The notes under the pieces are model-generated. The model saw nothing but the letters and a program-made list of their open reading frames with translations, was not told the DNA's origin and searched no databases. Source: Octopus vulgaris (taxonomy: Eukaryota). Taken from it: a DNA stretch of 64,000 bases. Below are positions 37,950 to 50,338 of the stretch, piece by piece (positions within the stretch are counted from its first letter, which is position 1; the number at the start of each line of letters is the position of its first letter). The stretch is from assembly GCA_951406725.2 (NCBI GenBank), contig OX597819.1, positions 83,390,001-83,454,000 on the forward strand, given 5' to 3'. The position numbers and the translations under genes were made by a program.

Positions 37950-40220
37950 AGATCAACAATAAAGTACTCCATCCAGTGAGAGATGAATATCGTTTAACGG
38001 ACACAGTATAAAGATAGGAGCTACTGGTAATTTCTTGCTTTGGAGACGCGGATCTAGGTAGGATCTCCATAACCTGCCTTATGGCTCCAAGCAATGTTTT
38101 GACTCTGAGCACATGGTCTATTCAATTTGCAAATCTGGACACTAATACAAGAAAAATCACAAGAAAAAACGAGAAGATAGATAGGGGCTGCAAATTTTGA
38201 GACCTTCAGACAAAACGTCTGGAGGTATTTATGTATTTATTCCGATTTTAAGTTCTGGGTTCAAATAGCAGCAAGGTCAACTTTGCCTTTTATCTGTCCG
38301 ATACTAGTCTAGTACCGAGGTTGTTGTTATCGATTTGTGTTAGAATATAAATAATACTCTAAAAGTTCATTAATATTTCCGATATAACCGGAATCAACAC
38401 AATCTGAAAGATATTTATGTAAAATTTCATTTAAAAATATCCATTTTTCTGAAATTTATGAGGAAATAAAGTTGGTGGGGGCACACTAATGTAAACGTGT
38501 GTGTGTGTGCGAGCCGGTACTCCAGTATAGTTCTCGCCTTGATTTTTGTGCATTTACGGGTGTGTGTTAGTGTGTAGGCGTGTACACACGTGCATATCTG
38601 TTTACTTATAATTAAATAGTCGTTTTATTTACATTTGTTTACGAATGGTACATGTTCAAGAGGTAGCTGATTAAGTCGTCAGAAACCACCTGTTAGATTG
38701 GTGAAGCGAAACGATTTTGAATTTACCATCCATAGGCACAAAAAAACGAAGCACATGGTTTTATCCCTATCTTGGAGAATAGGAAAGCGAAAATGACGCT
38801 GTAACTGTTGCATGACTCATGCTTTGTACTAATATAAACGGGAAAATGAGAATGAGAATGTGAGAGCGAAAGACAAGAAAAATCAATAAGCAAAATACAA
38901 TTTTTCAGAAATTTGTAATACTGTTGATGTAACAAAAAGAAGAATGAGCAAGGAGAGAAGCCGATAATAATATTAAAAGAAAAGAAAAAAAACAATAAGG
39001 GAACAATTAAAGGGTAGCAAAACGAAAGAAGTGGAGATCGGAGGTGTTTTGTTAACATACGTAAGAATGTATAAGGAGTGGTTGGCGGAGAAAGAAGACG
39101 GGAATTGGAATGTAGTGCATGCGAGTAGTGGAACAGAGTAAAGAAAGTTGAGAGAATAAATGAATCTGAGAGAGAGGGGGGGACAGAAAGTGTGTGTGAG
39201 AGAGAGAAAGAGAGAGACATACACACACACACTCGCACAGTGAGAAAGAGAAAGCGAGTTAGAGAGGCAATATATATGTATACACCTTCGCGCGCGTGTA
39301 TGTGCAATTGTTCTGCCTTTAACAAGTATATATAGACTATTATTTATCAAATAGGCAGTCTTTGTTTTGCTGTACAAATTCATATATCAGAGTATATAAC
39401 ACTGTGGTTTGACAGATTGAGGGTGAATTTTTAAACGAAACCTTACCGACAAAGACAAGTCAGGGAGAAGCGGTCAGTAATTACCGACGGACAAGTAAGC
39501 GAATCTTTCACTCTCTCTCACACACACACTTTCTCTTTCTTTTTTCTTTCTCTCTCGCACATTACCACACTGCTGTTGTGTTTGTGTCTATGTATATATT
39601 ATATTATGTAATCTATGTATGTATTACATATTTATGTATGCCATAAAACTTCTTTGCATTAAAAAAATGGTAATTTTCATTTCTATAGACGATTATATGA
39701 ACGTCTATGGGTGGGTGTATATGAGCGCATACACAAGCACATGTATATAATATATGCTTAATATGTACATAATCTTGCTTTCACTTATCAAAAATAAATT
39801 TGTTCCTGGGTGAAATTTCAATTATCTGAAGACAACTTTTACCGCGGGTGAAATTGAATTTAACACGGCACACCACCAAATCATTCATTAATTTTTACAG
39901 TGTTACGGCTGCTTTCACCGGCAAACTGCAATACACAGTGTAAGCTAACAAGGGGGAGTCTGCACTGTCGCTCGACAAGCTAGAAATAGCAACCAAAATC
40001 TTCAAATAAAATACGAAAGTCTAAAAAGGAAGAATTCATTGATTACCATGTACTCATTAATTTCCGAACGAGATACAACTGGAATGCCTTTTACCATTGA
40101 GATTTATTAATCAGGTATACCATGGGTTAAACAGAAAATACGCTGTGGATGACCGGTCGGTTCAGATGTGTCAGAGAAATGCAAGAGTGCAGCGCCAATG
40201 ACAAGACATGAAGCACCAAC
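37950..40220. promoter_or_regulatory. CpG-retaining, largely unique block; candidate promoter / first-exon region
   Basis: CpGs visibly frequent (cgcgcg at ~39290, accgcggg at 39841) versus depleted flanks; (GA)n/(CT)n tracts; donor-like sites cg|gtaagg (-, ~39447) and aa|gtaagc (+, ~39494). Confidence 0.4.
38727..38813 (-). CDS. Speculative first coding exon (MQQLQRHFRFPILQDRDKTMCFVFLCLWM, then gtaaat)
   Basis: ATG-initiated 29 codons with a hydrophobic end running into a phase-0 donor-like site; no downstream exon identified. Confidence 0.2.
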
Positions 40221-40803
40221 AGTTTAATTGTTATATATATATATAAGATACATACACACATGCTTATATGTATGTGTGCTTGTGAATGAGTATGTAATAT
40301 ATCATAAATGTATATCTGTGCGTGTGATATACCTGATATATACGAAATATGTGTAATGGATCATATATATGTATGTATACAAGATACAATATATCTGTAA
40401 TATATATTATATATGTGTGTATAATATATATAATATATGTGTAATATGTATTATATATATGTAACATTATTTGAGTAGTATCAATATACGATATAACACA
40501 CGCACGATATATATATGTGTGTAATATGAAATGCATATGTAATATATGATGTAAATATGCAATTTCGTGTGTGTATATGTGTGTGTGTGGTTAGAGCTTG
40601 CTTCCCAACCACATGGTTCCGGATTCAGTCCCACTGCATGGCACCTTGGGCAAGTGTCTTCTACTATATAGTCTTGGACTAACCAATTCCCTGTAAGTGG
40701 ATTTGGTCGACGGAAACTGAAAGAAGCCTGTTATATATATATATATATATATATATATAGATAGGTAGATAGATAGATTTATATAGGGCTTTGGTTAGCC
40801 CAA

Positions 40804-40850
<47 letters not shown>

Positions 40851-40961
40851 CTTGGGCTAACCAAAGCCCTGGGAGTAGATTTGGTAGACGGAAACTGAAA
40901 GAAACCTGTATATGTGTGTAAAATATCATCATCATTGTTTAACATCTGCTTTCCATGCTGG

Positions 40962-40994
<33 letters not shown>

Positions 40995-41149
40995 TATATA
41001 CATATTTATATGTGTATATATAAGTGATGTAAATTTGTATATGTGTGTGCACATGTTTGTATATATATGTTTGTGTGTGTGTGTATAATAGAATAAATGT
41101 CTAAACATGCAAACTATTAATAACATGTAAGAATTGATACATTCACACA

Positions 41150-42215
41150 GTTATGTCAACCAGGCTATCAGATGTCCTTACTCATCATGCCTTTCTATAC
41201 CTCCTCTGACAATGCCCTTGTCTTCTATCTGGGTCTGAGTTTTTCGACTATGTCATTTTCTCATAGTCTTGGAGGTCTTTTGAGTTGTCTCTTTTGATCT
41301 CTTGGATACTACTCAACAACTACATTGGTCCCTCTATTGACTCTGAGCCTTATGATATGTCCAGCACAGCAGAACATGTACTTTCAATATGCTGCTTTTA
41401 CATCATTCACTCCACTCTCTTTCTTCTCAGACTACATTTGGATATGCTCCCACAATGATACCTTCAGAATAGGTCTTTTATGATCAGCTGTATCATAGCC
41501 AATTATTTTTGTTCATTCTTCATAGTAGCCCATTTTTACTTAAATGCAGACAGAACAGTCATTTGTAGAGATAGGCATGTAAGGTTTTGTCCAGTTGTGC
41601 TTTGAGCTTGTCTTTAATTGAGGCTCTCCATCTTTGGACTATATGTGTTTTGTTTTCACACAACATATTTTGAGGCCTACTACCGAACTCTGGGTTTCCA
41701 CTTCTGTTAAGATGGTCTACAGCTGATCTGAAGTTTCTGTGATGAGCACAATGTCTCTTAATTGGAGGTATTAGTAACTCACTGTTGATACAGTCTTTCC
41801 AGTCATTGTCACTGTTAACCAGTGCTATGAAGAGATTGAGAGAGGTAGTATCCCCATCTTTGATGACCTTCCCAACTGGATCTCTTATAGGTGATAACAA
41901 AGCTACATCAGTGGTACATCCTGAGTTTGCCTCCTTGAGAAATTTAATGAAGTTTGCATCTTCAGACACTTCAGCTCTGTGTTGATCTTGATGCTATCGA
42001 AAGCTTTTTGTAATCAATAAGGTAATGGTACCCCTTTGCTATGTTAGAGGAATGTGGTCTATCATGCTGTAGTTGTTCTGAAAACTTGCTTCGTTCTTTG
42101 GCTGTTGATTATTGAGATGTTTCAGTAGTCTGGTGACTGTGAACATTGTAAAAATCTTGTAAAGGTGAGACAAGAGGAACATGGAATGGTAGTTTCTTAT
42201 ATTTTTGCTTATTAC
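41150..42215 (-). pseudogene. Decayed RTE-clade LINE RT region
   Basis: NYHSMFLLSHLYKIFT..QQPKNEASFQ..DHI; VIKDGDTTSLNLF (GIRQGD..SP.LF-like); many disablements. Confidence 0.7.
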
Positions 42216-42689
42216 TCTTATAAAGCAAGGTAATACCAGACCAAGAGTATTTTCCCTGTTCCATATATGTTGCTAAGACAGTCCTGGGTTGGTGTTAGGA
42301 AGGGCAGCAAGCTGTCGAAATATACCAAATAGTATAGCTTAGTGCAGTCTTCTAATTTGCCTGTCAAACTATCCAGCTCACGCCAGCATGGAAGGAGTAA
42401 TGATGGTATGTGTGTGTCATATATCACATGCACATACATATTATTTTTACAAAGAAAAGGTTGACAGTGACTTCAAAGTTTCATCTTATTTGTCTCCATC
42501 GGACTGTGAGACTTTTGATTTTCCAATCCTTATGTCTGTCTTTTGGTTCATCTTGTAAGTAGAGCAACATGGTTTCAAAATATGTGTGGTATATAAAGAC
42601 ATATTTTGATGGATAGGTTAAGTGGATAAACAGAAATAAGGAGGTTGGATTGAGAGAGTGAGAGAGTGGAGAGGACAAGCATTAGCTTT

Positions 42690-44430
42690 GTTGAATCACT
42701 GAATTATCATTAACTGCTATCAGGATAAAAGAAATATACTAGAGGGAGAAGCAACTAGAGGCATTGAATTGATAAACCAAGTTACTGAAACTGTTAAAGA
42801 GCAACTTATTAGGAAGAGAATTAACTTAGATGATACATAGTTCAGCTTTGTGTGATGAAGATGTACAACTGATGCCATTTTCTTAGTGAGACAACTTCAG
42901 GACATGGATTTAGCTAAAACAGACTTCTGTACTTGCATTCATCAACCTGGAAAAAGCCTTTGATAGAGTTCCACACTATAATTTGGCGGTTACAAAGGGA
43001 ACTAGTTAAAGATGGATAGCTTGTAAGAGCTGTGCAAACCTTGTACAGAGCTTAAGTCAAATTGTCTTGTTCAGAGTTAACAATGATTTCAACAATGATT
43101 TCAGCAAAAGATTTAAAGCACATTTAAAGGACCCTAAGGCAAGTTCTCAGTCTCATTCCCGTTTATAAATTCCCCAAGCTGTAACAGATGAGTTTAAGAC
43201 AGGCTATCTATAGGACCACTTTTATGATGATTACCTAGTTCTTAAAGCTGAATTTGTAGAATATTTATGTTAAGTCCAAATACGAAAGCAAACCTGAGAA
43301 TTGAAAGGCCTGAAAGTAAACATAACAAAAACTAAAGTTGTTGTAGGTGGGAAAGAGGTTACCATCAAGGAAAAGACCATGCTTGATGTGTAGAAAAGTT
43401 GTAGGTAAAAATTTTACAATGTATATTCTGTGTAAACTATGAATGCACATGAGGTGCAGTGGGTTAACAGGCAGGTTAACAGAGAAAATAGACTGTGTAT
43501 GTGAAAGATGCACAGGAGTAGTTAAATTTAAGAGTACAGATGTAAGAAGTAGGTGATAGTTTTTGTTATTTAGATGTTACCTAACAGTGGATATGAGTGT
43601 TCCAAAAGCATAGAAGTCTGAGAAAGGTTCAAGTAGCTATTACCTCTACTAGGAACAAAAGGTTTATCTCTTGAAGGATTGATTTTATTAGGCTTAAGTG
43701 GTAGTAAGTCACATGCCTTGAATGCAGAAGATTTGCAAAGAAATGAAACAAACATGCTCTGTTGGAAGTAAAATGTTGGTATGCCTGAGCAATTGAGCAT
43801 GAATGAATTGATAGCAAAGCTGGATGCAAAGGAATCAGGTGTAGTGTACAAGAAAGGACTGCATCGATATGGGTATGTAATACTTATGGATGACAGCTGT
43901 ATGAAGAAGTATTCAAACTGAATAGAATTTTTTGAAGATATGGCCTCCGTGCCAGTGGCACGTAAAAAGCACCATCCATTCGTGGCCGTTGCCAGTCTCG
44001 CCTGGCCCCCGTGCCGGTGGCACGTAAAAAGCACCATCCGTTTTTGGCCGTTGCCAGCCTCGCCTGGCCCCTGTGCCGGTGGCACGTAAAAAGCACCGTC
44101 CGTCTGTGGCCGTTTGCCAGCTCCGTCTGGCACCTGTGCTGGTGGCACGTAAAAAGCACCCACTACAGTCACGGAGTGGTTGGCGTTAGGAAGGGCATCC
44201 AGCCGTAGAAACACTGCCAGATCAGACTGGGCCTGATGCAGCCTTCTGGCTTCACAGACCCCAGTTGAACCGTCCAACCCATGCTAGCATGGAAAGCGGA
44301 CGCTAAACGATGATGATGATGATGATGATGGGTCAAAGTGGTGAAGACTGATCTTAAGAAGCTGAACTTCACTAAGGAGATGACAAAGTATTGCAATGAG
44401 TTAGAACATGCTATGCTAGAAAAGACCTAC
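42690..44430 (+). pseudogene. Decayed RTE LINE with Cys/His (PHD-like) insertion, interrupted at 43940-44330
   Basis: TTDAIFLVRQLQ..NLEKAFDRVP..KTKVVV..PCLMCRKVVG..C..MHMRCSGL..CERC; resumes at 44331 with VVKTDLKKLNFTKEMT..LEKT. Confidence 0.8.
43940..44330 (+). mobile_element. Young RTE 3' UTR (four ~57-62-bp repeats) inserted into an older RTE
   Basis: Same UTR as 32655-33192; (GAT)n tail; host reading frame continues after it. Confidence 0.8.
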
Positions 44431-45837
44431 CTATCCTGGTGAGCTCGTAACATAAGGTGGCGATCTGGCAAAAACGTTAGCGCACCAGGCGGTATGCTTA
44501 GCGGTACTTCATCTGTCTTTACGTTCTGAGTTCAAATTCCGCCGAGGTCGAATTTGCTTTTATCTTTTCATATATTTTAAAGGCGGTGCTCCAGCATGGC
44601 CACAGTCAAATGACTGAAACAAGTAAAAGAGTAAAAGAATATCCACTGAAACTGACAAAATATATGTTGTAATAGTGGTGGTTGGTGGGATGTAGAATAT
44701 CTGGGTCTCTTGCCAATAATGTTAATGTTAAGTCTGCATTTACTGCTCCACCGCCTTCCATTACCTTCATCACAAATACTCACCCCCAAAGCCTTGAGAG
44801 TGAAATGGTAGATGGAAACTGAAAGAAGCCATCATGTGTGTGTGTTCTTGTTTCTCTCCTTGATTTAACATCACAGGAAGGTTTTAAATGAATGCCATCA
44901 TTATACCAGTGGAGTTTCTCATTTCCAGTCTTCCATGAAAGTATGTCCAGCCAGGAGAGAAATATTAGTTTGTCTGGTCATAAATGAAGGTTAGTGATAG
45001 GAAATCCACCAGCATAGAAAATCTGTCTCAATGAATTCCATGTGACCCATGCAAGTCTGGAATGGTGAACAATAAACCTATGATGATGTACGATGCCACT
45101 TGTATAATGAAAGATGGTATTACATTTAGCCTTATTAAACCCTCCTGCCATCATCTTGTATCATGTGACTTCTTTTCTATATTCAATACCCTCAACCATC
45201 AACCCTCTTCCAGCTATGTCTCTTTTCCTAATCATTACTCTCTCTTACCGTCACCCTTCTCCTTGTTTTCTATCACTTACTCTCTCTTACTGTCACCTTA
45301 TAACCTAGCTTTATTGCTCTCCTTCAGATCTTTACCCTCTTTCACATGTACTGCTACCTCTCTCATCATTCTATCCCCACCCAATCATGACAAAACACGT
45401 CTCCAATACACTCTTGTAAAGTGATTGGTAACTGAATACAGACAACATGGTGGAGAAGTTACTCTTAAATCTTGTGTAGGACACACACACACACACATGC
45501 ATGTGTGTTTATATGCTTATACATGTATGTATATGCACATACATTAACACACATACATATGCATATACACTAGCACACACACACATCATTGTCATCATCA
45601 CTTTACATTTCCTAGCCAACTACAACAACTCACAGGCATAACCTTCTACTCCCCACACCTAACTACTAGAAACGTTTGGCAAACAATTCCCAAACTCCCC
45701 GCTGACCACCTACCAGTTATCATTTCAACACTCTTGCACCTCAATGAAGAAATTTTTTTTTCAGAATTCAACACTACAATCACTAATATTAACACTGCAG
45801 TAACATATATTTTAAAGACCAAATACCACAAAGCATT

Positions 45838-46064
45838 TTAACCATTTAGTGTTCAGATTATTCTATCAAACATAATACTTATTGATTCACATTGATTTGA
45901 ATTAATCATGCATTATCTCATATCTTCAAGATGTTGATGGTGTAATTACTTAATGTAGAATAACATTGTAGGGTAGGTGTGAGAGCCTGGATCTGGTCAG
46001 TTTGAACATAAAACAGATTAAATATTTTGGCCAGATATGGCTGGTTTAAATACTAAAGGGTTAA
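45838..46064. mobile_element. TTAA-flanked MITE (piggyBac-like ends); second copy 50796-51007
   Basis: ttaa-cc(a)tttag...ctaaaggg-ttaa; interior shared between the two copies. Confidence 0.7.
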
Positions 46065-47368
46065 TGAAATATTACACTGTATAACCTCCATCCTTGTCCT
46101 TGAGTACAGCAACTGTTGTTTCCTATTTGCTTACTCCTAGTAAGTATGAAACATTGCTAATATTTCCTTCAGATTTTGTTTTTGTTAGATTTATTCAAAC
46201 CCCAAAGAATCCTTCTCAACACATGGTTATGATGCTCCCCACTATTCCTGCTCATGATCAGAGATGCACATATTGTCAGCTACAAAGGGACATGCTCAAG
46301 GGGTTAAGGTCAAGCAAATTTGTGGTATTGAACAGAATACTTACTATAATGATATTTCTGCTTCAACAGTTCAACACTGAATCTGTCTGAAATATAATGG
46401 AAAATAGGTCAGTTTCAAAACATTGATGTTCAGGGAATAGTAGTCATTTCCTTTGATTTCTAGATAGAAACAAATAGGAAATAACACTTACTAATCAAAG
46501 ACAAAAAAACAAAATAAAAATTTTGTTACACAATGCTTTGTTAGTCGCACCAGGAAGAGCTAACCTTTTAACAAAAAACGAAAAAAAGAACCTCAAAGTT
46601 AGTACACTAAAACTACATACAACCAAAATAATTCTCCGCATCAAAAAACCAGGTGTCAATGTAGGGCCTGATGGTTAGGGTGTTGCTCTCCTGATTGTAA
46701 GATCATGATTTTGATTATGGAACCAGGTGGTGTGTTGTGTTCTTGAACAAAATACTTTATTTCATATCACTTCAGTCCACTCAGCTGTACATGAGCTCCA
46801 GCATTAGCTAAGAAGTTGACCCTGTGACAGACTGGTGTCCCATTCAGTGTGGGAGTGTTCTAATCTCAGTCACTTACAGCCATAGAAATTAAGTTAAGTT
46901 CCAGTCTTATGAGTCCTACAACTCAGAGCGGACCTAAAAATCAAACAACTAAACAAGGCAATAGAAATAAATAAATGTTAAAGAAACAGAAAACTGGCAA
47001 ACATTAGTATCCAGCATAAGCTACTAAACAAGCAGAAAAAAAAATCCACTCCTAAATTGAGTAATTAACGACAATAATAATGGCTACATGACAACAATGG
47101 TCTCATATCATAATGACAATCTCAAATGATATACCTACTTTGCAACATCTAGCAAATGCCCTCATCAGATATACATAGAAAATTGACCACAAAAAAAGAA
47201 AAATTAAAATAGAACTACAAAAGGACAAGTATGCACCCTCCTTTTCCTATCTTTTTTTTTTTCTCTTTGATAATGGGTCACACCCAGAATGAAAGTGTCA
47301 GATTCTATTGTTCCTTCCTTTGGGATTTTGAACTTCATTATATTCTTTTTTGTTGCTTCTTTGTTTTA

Positions 47369-48130
47369 TATGAGGTGGTATCAAAAGGTTCCTGGACTAG
47401 TTATGTTTAATAAAAGTAACTTATTTGCCTTCGAAACAGTCACCTTGCACAGCAATACATCGGTCCCAGTGTCCCTGCCACTTTTGGAATCCAGCCTGGA
47501 AGTCATTTACCATAAGTGTGTTGAGGACCTTCTGCATTTCACCCTGGATCTCAACAACACTGTTAAAACCTTTGAGCTGCATTTTCATTTTGGAGAAGAA
47601 ATAGAAATCCACAGGTGCTAAATCTGACGAATAGGGTGAGTGTGGAAGCAATACCATATTGTTTTTGGTGAGAAATTTTCGAGTGAGGGAGCTTGGTGAC
47701 AGGATGCATTGTTGTTGTGAAGAATCCATTTCTTCACACTCCACAGATCCAGTCACTTTCGCCAAATGTCCTCCCTCAAACACTTCAAAACATTGCAGTA
47801 GAACTCTCAATTGACAGTCTGGCCAGGAGTCAAATTTTCCATGCACAACACCACATTTCTTGGAGTGACGTTTGTGGCAGGTCTTCTAGATTGCTCATTG
47901 TTTTTCAGGGACATTCCTCCACTTTTGAAGCACCCAACCCACTCAAAACATTGTGAATGACCCTTTGCCTCATCACCATAAGCTTGCCAAAGCATGCTCA
48001 GTGTCTCTGTTGCAAACTTCTCAATTTTACTTAGGCTCTTTGTTCCAACTTCCTGTCCATGACAAAAATTGTACACTGCAGTATACATCTGATCACAAAA
48101 ACTCAAATTTCACAACTTGTGAAGTAAACA
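47369..48130 (-). pseudogene. mariner (DD34D-type) transposase remnant, internally deleted
   Basis: ATETLSML.QAYGDEA..FEW..FKSG; WILHNNNA; PHSPYSSDLAPVDFYFF..RCIAVQGDCFEG; TIR-like tatgaggtggtatcaaaaggttcc. Confidence 0.85.
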
Positions 48131-50004
48131 CAGCCTATCATGAATATTACTTAAGCTAAGGCAGCAAGCTGGAAGAAATGTTAGCATGCCGGGTGAAATG
48201 CTTAGCGGTATTTCGTCTGTCTTTATGTTCTGAGTTCAAATTCCGCCGAAGTCGACTTCACTTTTCATCTTTTCGGGGTTGATAAATTAAGTACCAGTTT
48301 CATATTGGGGTCAATCTAATCGACTGCTCCCTCTCCCCAAAAATTTTGGGCCTTGTGTCTAGAGTAGAAAAGAATATTACTTAAACTAATATTTCTATAC
48401 ATGGTTATAGAATAAGGACACCTACATTGTTGAGAACAACTGCATAAAACTTTGTGCTAATATACTTCAAAACTTTGGCCAGCTTTGAGAAGTAATTTAC
48501 AGAGTCCTGTCAGGAATTTTATGGTGAAATAGTTTTGTAGATAGGAACATACAAAAGAAAGTGAATTCTAAAAATAAATTAAGAATAATGATAGTAAGAA
48601 AATGAATGTTGAAAGTAAAGAGAACATTAAACGTCAAATTTACATAGTTTGGACTAGAAAGCTTGACAATGTTTTGACATGAGATAATAAAAGGTGTGAA
48701 GTGTTTAGAGTTTGCATGATAATATGTCAGAACACACAAGAATGTCACTGGGGAGAATCCTGTTCAAAGTGTTAAGAGCACACTTGCCTTCTGTGGCAGA
48801 TGGTCATGAAATAAGTATGTGAACATGTCAGTATGAGAGGTTAATTAAAAATGACTTAGGTAGGAATATGGCTGTGGAGATCAATTTGGAGATGGTGAAT
48901 AGTCTTTGAGATATTGTTGCTAAGATGTTGGAAAGTCTCTCGTTAACTTAGTATTAAATTATTCGTATAATTGAAACTAAAGTGGGTACTGAAAAGTTTT
49001 GGCTTTGAGTAAAAGAAAATACAGGAAGATCAGTTAATTATGATTTTATTCAACATATTCCCCTCTCAGATTCACACACTTATTACAGTGGTTCTTCAGT
49101 TTTTACTAAGCCCCTTAAAACAGCAGTTTGTAGCAGAGGCCACCAAAGTGAAGCAGTTATAGAAAGAAGATAACCTGCCATATTGAAGGACACACACACA
49201 CACACACACACACATATATTATATATAAAGAATTATAAGGTGGCAAGCTAGCAGAACCATTAGCATGCCAGATGAAATGCTTAATGGCATTTTGTCCATC
49301 TTCACATTTATGAGTTCAAATTCTGCCAAAATTGACTTTGCCTTTCATCCTTTCAGTGTCAGTAAAATAAATACTGGTTAAGTATTGGGGTTATTGTAAT
49401 GAACTTAACCCCTTCCCTGTAATTGCAAACATTGTGTCAGAATTTGAAATCAATATATAAAGAATTATATTCAGAACAATTATATAAATAAACAAGCTGT
49501 GATATTGACTACATAGGAAACGTTCTCAGCCAGCTAGATTATTCCTTTCAAACACAAGTTTCATTGTAGTGCTAAGCTTATCGGTGAACTGAAGGTATCT
49601 AGTAAATATTACCAAAGTAGATTGCTTCTCTTGATCAGCCTAAACTATTAAAAGGAGCAAAAAGTCTAATTGTGTTACTTAGGGCTGCAAAGGGAAACAT
49701 GTAACATTGAAAATTTTTAAGTTATACAATTTCTTTTTCTATAAAGAGCTATAACAATATACAACATTGTGGATAACAACATACAATACTAACAGTAACA
49801 CAATTCTAATTTTGAATATCTGAGTACTTCATTCAATTTTCCTATACCAACAAATATATACATTCTTGTATATATTTATTTAGTGATTTATTTGCTATTA
49901 CTCATAGTGTAGTAAGTTACACTGAATCTATACCTTGCTGACAGGCAGAAATGTGTTCTGGAGTTGTCTTTTGCGCTTGCTAGAAAAATGAAAAAAATTA
50001 ATAG

Positions 50005-50338
50005 GAGGGCTCTGAAAGGGGTCTCAGGGAGTAGCATCCCTGCCTTACTGAGCTAGTTTTCGACCACATTTCTTAAAAATAATGGTAGAGGCCTTGGTCT
50101 CGGGACCACTCATGTCTAGAAACAGAGGTTGGGGGTAAGCAAGGGTATGCTCCCCGTAGAAAATCCAGCTCCAAAAAAGCCTCATGATAGCAAAGGAGAA
50201 TGGGCACCAGCCAGCCCAAAGGTTGGGGTGGGCTGCATCTGCCTACCTCATTTGCTGTGGCATTGAGGTGGATCTGTCCCTCACCCAAATAGTGGGCGCC
50301 AGGCCCAGATTTGAAGTACTGGATGATGATGATAATCA
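50005..50338 (+). mobile_element. GC-rich retroelement 3' end with (GAT)n tail
   Basis: Motif ggttgggggtaagcaagggtatgctccccgtagaaa parallels the RTE UTR motif; ends in gatgatgatgat. Confidence 0.5.

Noticed and set aside
38723-39383. 200-aa and 136-aa minus-strand ORFs
   Set aside because: Low-complexity F/L/S composition from (GA)n purine tracts; no domain recognisable
43570-44277. 235-aa minus-strand ORF, the longest in the window
   Set aside because: Antisense read-through across an RTE UTR insertion and decayed RT; not a gene
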